In this document: positions 1-12,094 of the stretch, one piece after another
How positions within the stretch are numbered: the stretch's first letter is position 1
Layout of the letters: every line of letters starts with the position of its first letter
The notes under the pieces: model-generated
Seen by the model: the letters and a program-made list of their open reading frames with translations, nothing else
The model's database searches: none
Told to the model about the DNA's origin: nothing
Position numbers and translations under genes: made by a program
Assembly (NCBI GenBank): GCA_002633005.1
Contig: NMRA01000091.1
Coordinates: 615,979-679,978, forward strand
DNA: 64,000 nucleotides
Reading direction: 5' to 3'
DNA from: Phoronis australis
Lineage: Eukaryota; Animalia; Phoronida

Positions 1-301
1 TTCATCCCGGGCGATAAGCACTGATAAGCTTTAGGGACATCGCACATGACAAGAGAATATATCTAACTTTCTGGCAAGAACATAGGACGGAATTTTGTGG
101 ATCTTCATATTCAAATTCTGTTAAGTTAATTTTCTTCAGGGTCTCATGGTATGACTCGTTGCGCTGCTTCGTTTGATGTTATTCGTTGCATTTTGCAATA
201 AATAATTGCTAAGTTCTAGCGCCTGTGCTTGGCAAACTCACTGCAGATACTTCAAAGAAACTGTATGCCAAGTCTAATTTAACTTTGTTTTATTTCCTCA
301 G

Positions 302-334
302 GTTGCAGAATTCAAGGAGAAGAGTAAACAAGAG
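302..334 (+). CDS. PSME3: Proteasome activator PA28-gamma, first exon visible in window (VAEFKEKSKQE); start exon lies upstream
   Basis: cag acceptor, gtgata donor, 33 nt, phase 0-0; joins in frame to downstream PA28 exons. Confidence 0.85.
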
Positions 335-1696
335 GTGATATTCATTGATTGTGTTCTGAGGTGGCAATACTGCTTTATTTTTCGTTGACTTGGATTCATA
401 TTTTTAACACATAATATTGTGACGCAGCATTTTTATGATGGTACAGAATGAATGAGTTTGTGTCCCACCTGTAGGGGGTTGTTGATAAGGATTGATTCCT
501 GCTCATCACCCTCACACCTCTTCCAAGTCCAGGGGTCCATTTCACAAAAAGATACTTGAGACTTAAAATGCGTTTTGACCTATAGACAGAAATAATTAAC
601 AATGACTCCTTTCCAGCTCTCAACAAAACAAAATTTTGTAACCTCGCCAACCCTCAGAGGTTTGGACCAAGTTTGAAACTCTTAAGAATGTCTCCTAAAT
701 GGGAAAGGGTGACCTGTGTTTTTGGATGAATAACACGAAAACTGTTGGGAAAGAATGTCCATCAAAAACGTACCCATCCTTTAACATTGTTAGTGTTCTT
801 CATTGAATCATGCTTTTGTCACTCAAAAAGTATAGCAAGGAGTAAGGGGACCCATTGAGGATTGGTTGAAATCACCAAAACAGGGTTTAGCATCCAGAAA
901 TTTTGGTTCTATGTTCCACACAATTATTTCTGAATGGTAATCTAATCTCACTTTGAATACAAAATGTCCGAGCATATAGCCGAAACTGCTAGTTAGTGAG
1001 ACAATTTGTATCAGTTATGTCTGTGATGTGCCAATGAATTCGCGCGTAAACTTTTGTACAGTAATTGTAAAGTGGGAGTGCAATATCAAATTCCTTAATT
1101 AAGTCTTAAGTCACTTTTCTTGGATCCTTACTTAAGTCCTAAGTCACTTTTCTTGAAACAGACTCATGGGGTTAGCTTCGTGAAAAGTTACTGAAGATTT
1201 AAAAGACTTAGTCAGAAATTTCGTCTTGTATTTCTCACAACTGCTTCTTTTGAAAAAAATAAGTTAATCTCACCTCGGCAAAGTAGAAGGTCTCGCAAAG
1301 TATTCCCATGATTGTTGGTTTTTTTTAGAATAATTTCCATGGATTCTTTCTAAAATGTGATGTGCTAACAATTGCGTGGCAAAAATTTTATTCAGTGATC
1401 GTAAAATGTGAGCATAAATCTAAATTTGCGACTTAATAAGTCTGATGTTAGTTTTTAGAAATAACAGACTCTAGAAATGTTAACTCAGAATCAATCGTCA
1501 CTATTGGAAACGCCAGAGTTACCATGAATAATCATTCTTCTTGAAGCAAAACATAACGTGATACAGTATCACTTAATGCATGCAAAACACATCATTCTTT
1601 TGACGAAAGTTGTTTCAATTTGTGGGTTTCACCATTTGAGAGCATTCAGTACTTTGAAGGAGTTTAAGTGTTTAAAGTCTGTATTGCCTGTTTTAG

Positions 1697-1759
1697 GCTG
1701 AGCGCATTGTATCAGAGATCTTCCCAAAGAAAGTGTTGGAACTGGATGACTTACTCAAG
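1697..1759 (+). CDS. PSME3: PA28-gamma exon (AERIVSEIFPKKVLELDDLLK)
   Basis: ttttag acceptor; non-canonical aag|GCAAGT donor; matches PA28 helix-1 motif FPKK..ELD. Confidence 0.92.
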
Positions 1760-1967
1760 GCAAGTTGCTGTCAGAGTTTCCACTCACTTTAAAGCAGATC
1801 GCTTTTGTCTAGCTTATCGAATACCTTATGTGAGTTTGTATGATTGTGTGGGTGGATGGGTGTCTGTATATGAGTAGAGCTGCTTAACCACAATGAGGCA
1901 TTTGCCTATTTGTAAAACACTAGAATAAAATCAAGAAGCAATTTCTAAAAGCTTGAGTGAATCTTCA

Positions 1968-3802
1968 CAGGGCTCGACATAACGAGCTGCAGGTCAAAAT
2001 TCGACATGAAGTTTGGAAATGCGAGCTGAGATTTTTGTCAGCTCGTATCAAGTCGCTAAATGGGACCTGGAATTTCCAACGTATGCGAGCTGAGTTTTTA
2101 CACTTCTCGGAAGAAACGTGCCTCCCGTTCAGTAACACTAGGACCTCTCTAAAAAGTAAGACTTTGCGAGTTTACGTGAGATATTGCCGTGCATTTTAAA
2201 TTAGAACGCGTGACTTTGACTAGGTTTTAACTAGGTCCTAGCGTAGGTCCTAGTGTCTACTGAACGCACGCCTGGCAAATGTAAAGCAACTCTTGTTAAT
2301 CCGACCATTATTTGGTTGTTTCCAAATCCAAATTCAAAAGAACGCCAACCGAGAACAGCCCTCCCGATGACTTGTACATGTCAGCAAGTCGCATGAACAT
2401 GGGATATGCAGAATCGATCTTTGACGCGTTTCATGTGCTAACACTTTCGGCAAGTTTTGCAAGTTTCCGGATTCGGGCCGGAAAGTTTCGGGCCACTGCA
2501 TAAAACGTGATAAAATGTCACAACACGGCGGTGTTTCCACTAATTCTTAAGCGATCAACTTATCAAACTTTGTGGTGGACAAATATGTTTATTTTTTGCG
2601 TAAGATGCCCTTATTACATGTACCAAATATCCACGACAACATCCCTGATATTGCCGGCACTGCGGCACTGTTCGGTCCCGTTGTTAGCGCGCAAGCGGTC
2701 CCGGCAGAAAATCGTGACTTAGAGACGTGCGTCTCGTTTTTTATTGCCTATGACAGCCTAAGTCAGGGGCGGATCCAGGATTTTTATTTAGGGGGGAGGC
2801 CAGGGCAGAGTATTAGCCAGGATTTTGCCCGTCAGAAGGCGCACCTCCGAACTGCCAAATGGAATCTGGGAGAGTTTTAGGGGGGACATGGCCCCCCNNN
2901 NNNNNNNNNNNNNNNNNNNNNNNNNNNNNNNNNNNNNNNNNNNNNNNNNNNNNNNNNNNNNNNNNNNNNNNNNNNNNNNNNNNNNNNNNNNNNNNNNNNN
3001 NNNNNNNNNNNNNNNNNNNNNNNNNNNNNNNNNNNNNNNNNNNNNNNNNNNNNNNNNNNNNNNNNNNNNNNNNNNNNNNNNNNNNNNNNNNNNNNNNNNN
3101 NNNNNNNNNNNNNNNNNNNNNNNNNNNNNNNNNNNNNNNNNNNNNNNNNNNNNNNNNNNNNNNNNNNNNNNNNNNNNNNNNNNNNNNNNNNNNNNNNNNN
3201 NNNNNNNNNNNNNNNNNNNNNNNNNNNNNNNNNNNNNNNNNNNNNNNNNNNNNNNNNNNNNNNNNNNNNNNNNNNNNNNNNNNNNNNNNNNNNNNNNNNN
3301 NNNNNNNNNNNNNNNNNNNNNNNNNNNNNNNNNNNNNNNNNNNNNNNNNNNNNNNNNNNNNNNNNNNNNNNNNNNNNNNNNNNNNNNNNNNNNNNNNNNN
3401 NNNNNNNNNNNNNNNNNNNNNNNNNNNNNNNNNNNNNNNNNNNNNNNNNNNNNNNNNNNNNNNNNNNNNNNNNNNNNNNNNNNNNNNNNNNNNNNNNNNN
3501 NNNNNNNNNNNNNNNNNNNNNNNNNNNNNNNNNNNNNNNNNNNNNNNNNNNNNNNNNNNNNNNNNNNNNNNNNNNNNNNNNNNNNNNNNNNNNNNNNNNN
3601 NNNNNNNNNNNNNNNNNNNNNNNNNNNNNNNNNNNNNNNNNNNNNNNNNNNNNNNNNAAAAAATCGATTTTGGAGCGTAAAAATGGCGGGAAATTTTTGC
3701 GACCTGGCATTTATGAATGCGAGCTGGATTTTGAAAATACGACCTGGGATTTTGGCTAGGTCGCAAAATGCGATCTGGCGATTTGAATAGCGTCGAGCCC
3801 TG
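1968..3802. mobile_element. Non-autonomous hAT-like DNA transposon with 5-bp TSD, containing nested MITEs and an N gap
   Basis: TIR CAGGGCTCGAC ... GTCGAGCCCTG, flanked on both sides by CTTCA; subterminal GCGAGCTG/GCGACCTG repeats. Confidence 0.75.
2119..2275 (-). mobile_element. About 155-bp MITE family (other copies 40362-40518, 63025-63180)
   Basis: Three homologous copies sharing gctaggacctacgctaggacct and subterminal IR gttcagtaac/gttactgaac. Confidence 0.75.
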
Positions 3803-4930
3803 CTTCACTAATCTATTTATCATGATCTAATTAATAATTAAAGGAATTAGGAATGGACGTAACTCCCTGTTAAGATATTCACATATGCAAGACATAGCCA
3901 CCTGCACCTATTGACGCTCTGATGGACCTGCGTTTACCGATTTGCATAATGGTCACTTAAAAGTACAAAAATTGAAGAAACACGCTTTATGACAATTTCA
4001 GATATTGAAGTATAAGCCGAAATTGGCATATCTACTGTCAACAATGTGGTTAGAAACAGTATCATGGTACTGCCTTTAAATTCCAGCCCTGATCCTGTAA
4101 TACCGATCCAGGGACCAGCAGACACTCAACTGATGGTACTTCAATTAATGCTAGAACCCACTGTTAACTTCTTTTTTACTGCATGTATGTATGATGGACC
4201 TGTGAAAAGACCAGGTTGTCCAAAAGTTAGTAGACTGACATGGGAACTCGGCTCTCCTCTGCCTGCTGTTGACTCTTAAAATGATAGGTGTTGGTATTTT
4301 TCAAGAAGCAAGGTGGTTGTGGCGTGTACTGTAAAATCTCACATTATGACGGACACCGAACACGTGAAACTTTCATTTTCTTATTTTTTTCATAAAAGGT
4401 ATGCAGCATCATATTAAGGCTTTCCCATGTTCGAGGTCCGTACAGTAGCTGCCATTAGAAAATATTTTGAAAATTTGTGATCCTCTGCAACAGAGTTAGA
4501 AGACCTTGAAAAATGATTAAAAGGGTGTGTTTGTCTGAAATTGATGACGCTTTACTGTATATCACTATTCTTTTGACATGAGGTTAAGTCTGCAAGGAGG
4601 ATATCGTAGTCAACTGAGCAGTAGTTTTCAGAAGGAAGTCCCAAATAGTCAGCTCATCCGATAACTGACTATTAATGTTTTAGACCAGTGATTTTACTCA
4701 ATTCTGTAATGGTATGCAATTAATTTGCTTGTGATTTTCCTTCATAGATTGTGTGCCACTAATTCAAAATACCAGATGATGTGACATTACCTAAGCCTTC
4801 CCTTAGTGGTCTTGTTTTGTGTTTATTCGTTACTCATTTGAAGTTTGCTGTGCTGTTTTGTAAGTACGGTCTAGATTTGTATTTGTCCCGCTGCTTTTGT
4901 TGATGTGGTATTTCTCTTACTGTTTTGCAG

Positions 4931-5020
4931 ACGGAGCCTTTCAACATCAAACGTATATCAGGTATAGGGGCTGATCTGAATATACCTGTCCCAGATCCAA
5001 TATGTTTAACTCCAGATGGT
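4931..5020 (+). CDS. PSME3: PA28-gamma exon (TEPFNIKRISGIGADLNIPVPDPICLTPDG)
   Basis: ttttgcag / gtaagt; conserved DLNIPVPDP motif. Confidence 0.95.
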
Positions 5021-5077
5021 GTAAGTAACTCAGGCTGTACTGTGACTTTTTGATGGCGGGGTTTAGGTGGATGTTAT

Positions 5078-5420
5078 AAAGTGGAACTTGCTCGCTAATT
5101 CATTATCTCTGTGATTGCTTGGTTAAATTAGTTATAAACACATGTAGCAACGATGTGAATATTTATGAAGTAGGTTGAAAATTGACAAGTGTTTTTAAGA
5201 ACGAGTTTTGTGGCGAAAATGATCCGGCGCAAGTCACTGAACCATGTCCAGTAAGTATCATGACGCGATGCTGGGGAATAACACAGCGTGATGTGGGCGA
5301 TGTAAGCCCACGAGGTACGTCATTAGGGCAAAGGTCACGTATTTGCAGTATTTTTTGTTTTCTTATTTTAATTACAAGTTGTCAATCAATACAACTGCAC
5401 TTTGTTTATTGTAGATCCTG
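5078..5420 (+). repeat. Dispersed repeat, second copy at about 9516-9835 (both in PSME3 introns)
   Basis: Shared tggaacttgc..ctaatt..ttatctctgtgattgcttgg and colinear similarity over about 320 bp; boundaries approximate. Confidence 0.75.
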
Positions 5421-6582
5421 TTAAAATAGTATTGTTGTTTAGCTCCTGCTATACATTAGCTTAGTTATAGCATGCAAATACACCATTACACATGAAATGC
5501 CAGGGGTTCAATGCAACACCTATAAGATGTGTAATACTGGCCTAATTCTCCTAAGTGCTGTTAGTTTCTAAAAAGTTCACTTTTGCATGATGGACTACAA
5601 TCTATAAATAGGACTTGTATGAAAGAATTGAAAATTGTATAAAGTGAAAACAGAATGATAATTTAAGAAAGTAACAGCACTTTTGGTATTTCATCATGAG
5701 CATCTGTGTCCCATGAAATTTAGGCGTGTTATTGATTCCGTTGTTTTGCTGTGGATGTACTTTTTATTTTTAGTTAAATTTTGCTAGAAAGACACCGTTA
5801 CTTGACTATTAATGGTAAATTGGTTTGAAATTGAAAGTTTAATTCTTACTACAAGCTTTCTACTTTCAGAAAATATATACTTCAGTCTACTGAGATAATT
5901 TCAAAACTTTTGTAGATATTTGCCTAAATGCGCGGACTTGTTAAGGTCCTGCACAACCTCAATGAAACGGGCTGAGGGGAAAATGGGCCTTGATTGCAAC
6001 ACTGTGTATGGGGTTCTTACTCAGAGTGTAAAAATTTTTTTCCCAAGTTTATTCGTTTCCCACTCGATTATTTGCTCTTCGTATCAAGTTTCATCTGACA
6101 GAACGTATTGAGAACCAACTGTTTGTTTGACAGCACCCATAGTTGCATTTGTAATTTAGTTCTAGATACTAGTCATGTTGGCTAAAAGCAATAGACCGTT
6201 ATGAGATGAGAAACAAATTGGATTTTTGTCCCATCACCCTTGGCGTCATGGTGCTAACATGTAGCCATACTGCACAGCGGGAATTTGCCTGAGGTTTTTC
6301 AGGCCTCCTGCTTGTTTTTCCCATGCGTGGCGCTATACACCATGTGCAAACTTATACAACAAGATTGAAGTTCGTCCCTTGTTCTGCTGGTGTTTTATTG
6401 ATAGTAAAATAGACATTGGGTATTGTAACATTAAAGTATTTAAAGGTTAAAATAAGCATTTTATATATTAATTTTGTGTTTTCAAGTTTTTCTTGTGAAT
6501 CGAACCAGCCTGAATTTATTAGAGGATTGTTCAGATGGAATGCAGTATATTCTTAATGTATGCCTCTATAACTTGTTTGCAG

Positions 6583-6643
6583 CCTCAATCGAAGAAGCGA
6601 AAGCTGGAAGCTGTAGCCAATAACCTCAGTCTAGACATACCAG
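6583..6643 (+). CDS. PSME3: PA28-gamma exon with KKRKL NLS-like insert
   Basis: tttgcag / gtaaaa; PQSKKRKLE corresponds to the basic NLS of the gamma-type homolog-specific insert. Confidence 0.93.
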
Positions 6644-7463
6644 GTAAAACTGCTCATACATTCCATGCTCTAGTCTTCATAACTTCGCCTGTTTCTCAAC
6701 AGGCATTCACAAGAGCTGCAGTTCTAAAGAACTTCATCTCTGTGAGCGAGTTTCAGTGTCTCGCGATATTCTTCCTTTCATGTTCGAAGTAAAACAACAT
6801 TTCAGAAAAGCGTCTTTAATGTACGATATTTTCAAAATAAACTAAAAAAACTTCGTTTGAACTCGGATTCTTCTAATCTTTCATGAACGTATTGTTAGAG
6901 ATATTTGTTCACCTTTTATCGCTACAAAAAAATATTTGCCAAGCTTTAAAGTCAGAGCTAAATGTTCAGTTGCACCCAAATGCTAATTGTTTATTCATGA
7001 AAGTACGTACACAAAGTATGTGGAGTAGCACCTGTCGAGATACAGCCACAATTGAAATGGGTTCTAGTAGTTGAAAAGAAATGGAGACTTTGTCGAGGTT
7101 TAGTGTGTTGAAGCTTTGTCAAATTTCAACATGTCCACTTTATTTCGAAAACTACTGTGGACTGCAGGTTGGCATATACGCGTGTTGTCACTGACAATGG
7201 GCTGCACATGTATAACATCACGATTGCGTAAATGGAAAGTGTAACTGCTCAATATTGACCTATCGCTAGCTCTTTCCTCATGTGAAATGTCGACAAACAA
7301 ACAACAAGGTTTACACGGTAACATGTTGTTTGTCGGGTAAAATGGTGTCTTGGATACGAAGGTGTGTTAAGATTGCTGCGTTCTAATTGGTCAGTTAAGC
7401 TGTCACTCAAAAAATCTTGTCGATAGTTCAATTACAAGAACGCTCTTCTCGTTTCATCTATAG

Positions 7464-7576
7464 GCTCCAAAGTAATGGTTCTTCCAAATGGTTCATGTCC
7501 ATCCAACAAACACATCTTGGAATTAATAGATACACTCAAGCCCCAAATTGTGGAGTTAATGGAACATGCCAACAAG
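7464..7576 (+). CDS. PSME3: PA28-gamma exon (GSKVMVLPNGSCPSNKHILELIDTLKPQIVELMEHANK)
   Basis: tatag / gtgagt; phase 1-0; resembles PSME3 GTKVFVMPNG. Confidence 0.95.
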
Positions 7577-7935
7577 GTGAGTCTAGAAATATTCACTTTA
7601 TGCATTAAGTAATTACTCTATTTTGAGGACATCTACTCATCCCAGGTGCGATGTAACAGTAAACTTAGTGCATGAACTTATGCAAACCAGGTAACACAGT
7701 TTATTGTATCGCAATAATGTTGCTCAAGTTTGGTTAAACTTTTGTGTGCTTAAAAAATTATGCAGGCACAATTTGCCTCCACAGAGTCATTAGTTACTTG
7801 ACAAATGATTTTGTCTTAAAAATATTGACTTGATTTCAAGCGAATATAACCTGTTGAAGTGGTTTTTCCATATCCAGTCAGAATCAACCTGGTTTCAAGT
7901 AAAAATAGCCTGCTGAATTATTTTTCTGTTTCCAG

Positions 7936-8004
7936 ATTAAAATGTGGATCAGCTACCTCATACCCAGGATAGAGGACGGCAATAACTTTGGTGTGTCTAT
8001 ACAA
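7936..8004 (+). CDS. PSME3: PA28-gamma exon with activation loop (IKMWISYLIPRIEDGNNFGVSIQ)
   Basis: ttccag / gtgagt; invariant IPRIEDGNNFGV motif of PA28. Confidence 0.97.
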
Positions 8005-8116
8005 GTGAGTTTTTTCTATCTTCAATTTCCTCCAGAATGAAGGTGGTGTGCTTCAAATTTTGCTTCAAAAATTAAAGCGACATTCTCTGTGAGCAAAATA
8101 TTTTTACACAAATTAA

Positions 8117-8184
8117 CAGGAGTGCAGAATCTAACCCACTACCTTGGTAATAGCAGCCGAATGTTCTGCCACTGAGCCAAATCC
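8117..8184 (-). repeat. tRNA-derived SINE head fragment
   Basis: Reverse strand has A-box TGGCTCAGTGG and degenerate B-box GGTTAGATTC; no intact cloverleaf. Confidence 0.45.
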
Positions 8185-8261
8185 CATGCATAGAAAAGCT
8201 AGTATTTGAAGTGTTGGGACACCATACTTGATTTTCAGCGAATGCTGTGCATCAAACTAAG

Positions 8262-8884
8262 GATTTTTAATAAAACCTAAAAAAATAATGGATTTTGTTG
8301 TTTTAAAGCTGTGATCAAATCTAATAACTTCAAGAAGTCTGTCTACTGTGAGGAACACTTGTTGTTGCTCTCTGAAAAGTATCCCTTTTAGTTGTTTCTC
8401 ATGCAATCTGAATTCCTTTAGTATACAACCAGAAGGTGTGAAGTCTNACAGGCTACTTTAATTTTTGACAACATTGGACAAGACAACTAGTTCTTGTCTG
8501 TCAATCATCTAAGTTCTTAACAGGTCCTCCTGGAGGCAATTTGTTTGCAAGTGCTGGATTTTATGTTTTAACCTATTAAAAATAATTAAAAAATTATGGG
8601 TCATGGGTTGGAGAAATAAATGAAAAATATGGGCGGTGGGTACGAAATAAAAGTGCCTTCCCCCCCCTCCCATACAGATTTTGCTGGAACAGCCCTAAAG
8701 ATTTTTAATAAAACCTAAAAAAATAATGGATTTTGTTGTTTTAAAGCTGTGATCAAATCTAATAACTTCAAGAAGTCTGTCTACTGTGAGGAACACTTGT
8801 TGTTGCTCTCTGAAAAGTATCCCTTTTAGTTGTTTCTCATGCAATCTGAATTCCTTTAGTATACAACCAGAAGGTGTGAAGTCT
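8262..8884 (+). repeat. 185-bp identical direct duplication (8262-8446, 8700-8884) separated by an N and a Harbinger-like MITE end
   Basis: Copies identical; single n at 8447; intervening DNA ends TGGAACAGCCC-TAA. Confidence 0.85.
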
Positions 8885-9128
8885 GCGTAGAAAATCTGCT
8901 CAATTTCATGAAATAATTACTGGCTATGTTCTCTTCTTGTATGTTGCCGAATATTGTCTTACTTTTGTTCAGTTCCTGCTGTCTAGTTTACAGCTGATCT
9001 CTTGCTCTGTCCACTTGAGTCAAACCCGAGTACTTTGCAGCTAGTTTGCTTCTATTTTTTTCATCAAATTTCACATTGATTAGAAGGAAGCAAGACACCT
9101 AAAAGATTTCCATCGCACTTCATTTCAG

Positions 9129-9251
9129 GAAGATACTTTAGCTGAAGCACGCCAGGTTGAAAGTGAGGCTGCCACATTTGTGGAACAAATTTCACGCTAC
9201 TTCCTGCTCAGAGGCAAGCTGGTCTCCAAAGTCGCCAAATATCCCCATGTG
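9129..9251 (+). CDS. PSME3: PA28-gamma exon (EDTLAEARQVESEAA...VAKYPHV)
   Basis: tttcag / gtgtgt; conserved KLVSKVAKYPHV. Confidence 0.96.
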
Positions 9252-10381
9252 GTGTGTAAGACAGGAAACTGCTGTTCACAACTAAAGTTTTATCACAACT
9301 TTTCTTGAACGTGGAAAATGTATATACTGATGTGTTGTGATAACTTTTCAGGGCTTGGAACAATCTGACAGTTTGTTATTGCTTGACACCATGCTCAACT
9401 CACAAAATGACCTGCTGTGATGAGCCATTAAGTTGTAGAGCCTGGTACTAAGCAACAGCAAATTGTCATCTCTTTCCAAGCCAAGAAATAACACCTAATT
9501 TGGCTAACGAACAATTTAAATTGGAACTTGCATGCTAATTCCTTATCTCTGTGATTGCTTGGTAAATTTAGTTAGAAACACAACATATAGGGACGATTTG
9601 AATATGAAGTGGGTTGAAAATTGCCAAAAATTTTTAAGAACGAGTTTTCTGACAAAAGTATTCTGCCGCAAATCACTCAATTGTGTCCAGTTAGTATCGT
9701 GACGTGGTGTTGGGGAATAACACTGCATGATGTGGGTTATGTGAGCCCCCAAGTGCAAAGGTCACCTATTTGCAGAATTTCTTGTTTTCACATTAAAGTT
9801 TTCAATGAATGCAACTGCAGTTTGTTTAGCACAGATGATGTTCAAATGCATTGTCGTTTAGGGGGTTTATTTTCCCTGTAACTTCATTTATATTTTCAAT
9901 TTTAATTACTAATTAATAGAAGCCAAAAGTACTCCTACAAAATGAGCTACAATTCCCTATCGTGATAAATTGACCCACAATGCCCTGTCACGACAACTGG
10001 TCAGAAGCCAAATTCGCTGTCATAGTAGTCTAACCTCATGACCGAGAATGAAGGGTAGTAACTGTTATAATAACAAGTAAATTAGTAAGGTGACCAAGCC
10101 ATTCTGTAATTAGAATTTTTCTTCCCTGATGGTTATTACCGGTAGTTTTTGCTGTTAACAGAATGCCATCATGATGAGGAAATGGTATTTTGTCCAGTTT
10201 GTTTTGTACGGTGTAAAATTTGTTTTGAAGTATTTCCTTTTTTGCTGAATTGGTAAATGTTACTGGTCATAGGTATTCCAACTGTTTCATAATCAATATA
10301 AACCTTGTAGTAGAGAAAGTGATTTGTCACATTTACGGTCAGCCTTATTTGATTTAAGTCCTATGTGTTTTCCAAATGCAG

Positions 10382-10468
10382 GACGACTATCGACGGGCTG
10401 TTCAAGAGCTTGATGAGAAGGAGTTCATCACACTTCGCCTTACCTGCTGTGAACTAAGGAATCAATAT
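10382..10468 (+). CDS. PSME3: PA28-gamma exon (DDYRRAVQELDEKEFITLRLTCCELRNQY)
   Basis: atgcag / gtaagt; conserved DYRR..ELDEKE..ELRNQY. Confidence 0.96.
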
Positions 10469-12010
10469 GTAAGTTCATAAATAAATAAAATAGATGCTGG
10501 AATGCCGTGCAGTTACCGACGAATAGGAATATAAAATAGTAAAGGTAAAATGACGAGCGTTGGTACTAAAATTTATTAAAATATTCCACACCTTTCAAGC
10601 GGTAAGGGCATGGCACAGGCTCTGGGTCAGAGTGATACATACATATGGTGGCTAATCCCATGCTATAAACCTTTTTTGAGATAAAAGTTACACAGCCTAC
10701 AAGTTGTGCTCAGCATCTGTCGACTCGTGTAGAAGTCATTGATTCGCGTGCTGGGCAGTCATTGGTATTCTGGTCTAATTTTATGAAAAAATCCCCTTCA
10801 ATATTACTGGATCAGCTATTCCAAGGGGTAGTAGCAGGGTATTTAAAAGATGTTTGTCCAAAATATTTCATCCGAGGAGTTACAGAGAACTTGAGCTTCT
10901 ACGAGTGCATTAATAATGTACATCTCTTGTGTGCTTAATATCAGTTGAAAGGTTAAGGGTCATAAGAAACATTGAACATGTGGCTGAGTTTATGTTCCAC
11001 ATGGTGATCGATTGGGAGAAGTCTAACCTGTGCAAACTGGGCTCTGCCAATGTGAGAGCACGGTCTGAGGCCATGGATGAAACAAATGGTTTTAATTTTG
11101 AGTTATTTGCAATTGTGCCTAAATTTGCGCCAAGCTGTATATGTGCTTCTAAGAAGAAAATGACCGCTCCTATCCAGTTTTAGATGGATCTGGCCTTTTT
11201 GCACCCCTAGTGGCCATTTTTATTATTTTCAAGACTGCTTTTGGCATCTGCCTCCGTATCCACAAAACGCTTGAAGAATCGTTTGAAAGCTGGCAAATCT
11301 GCTCCGTACTAGGTGAACATGGCACCTTGAGACTGTTCTAATATACCGCCTTTCGTTTTCTTTGCGTATGTCTCAATAACTATAAGTTCTGTGACAGAGC
11401 TGGCTGGCACTGGTTTTTGGATGGATCCGACTACTGTGGAGCACCCTGGTGACAAATTGTCGCTGTGTCTGCTTTGATATCTTTAGTTTGTCTTTGGATC
11501 TTTATGAAGTTCATCCTATGTCCTTCTAATAAGGAGAGCCTACACAACTGATGTTGATTTTTGGATAAATCCAACTCTACGAAAATAGTTTTTAAAAATT
11601 AGCACCCCTTATGTCTTTAGCGTTTCCGTGCACATGGTAATCGTATATCAGTGCTCTCTGCTGCTCTTGCTATATAGTACAATTATAGTTTATGACATCA
11701 CCTAAGTCAACAAAAAATGCCTCCCAAAATGGCCTCAAAAGTGGTTTTATAAACCCTAGATGAGAAGTGCATCTATGCGAAAACTCTATAAGTTATGCTT
11801 AGGTTTACCTCAATGGTTTTTGTGGAGAATTTGGTTGTCTGAATTCGATCACGTCTGCTGCGCGTTTGAGATAATGCGAACTTAGGATTCCGGTTTAACG
11901 TTGACTAACACCGTTTGTGTGGTGTTGCTGCTTTACCTGCCTTAAGATTGACATTGGGAATGGGTTCAGATTTCACCATCTACAATGTCTTTCAATTCTT
12001 CATCTTTCAG

Positions 12011-12094
12011 GCTGGTCTCCATGATGTAGTTACAAAAAATCTTGAAAAGATCCGCAAGCCGCGAACAGTCAACGGTCATGACTCCATGTACTAA
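12011..12094 (+). CDS. PSME3: PA28-gamma last coding exon (AGLHDVVTKNLEKIRKPRTVNGHDSMY*)
   Basis: tttcag acceptor; C-terminal KN.EKI..PR...Y-stop typical of PA28; candidate AATAAA near 13743 and 14809. Confidence 0.96.
   Translation, partial: AGLHDVVTKNLEKIRKPRTVNGHDSMY

Noticed and set aside
2813-3823. Long ORFs of 273-336 aa
   Set aside because: Artefacts of the N run (poly-X); the same applies to 55647-56150.
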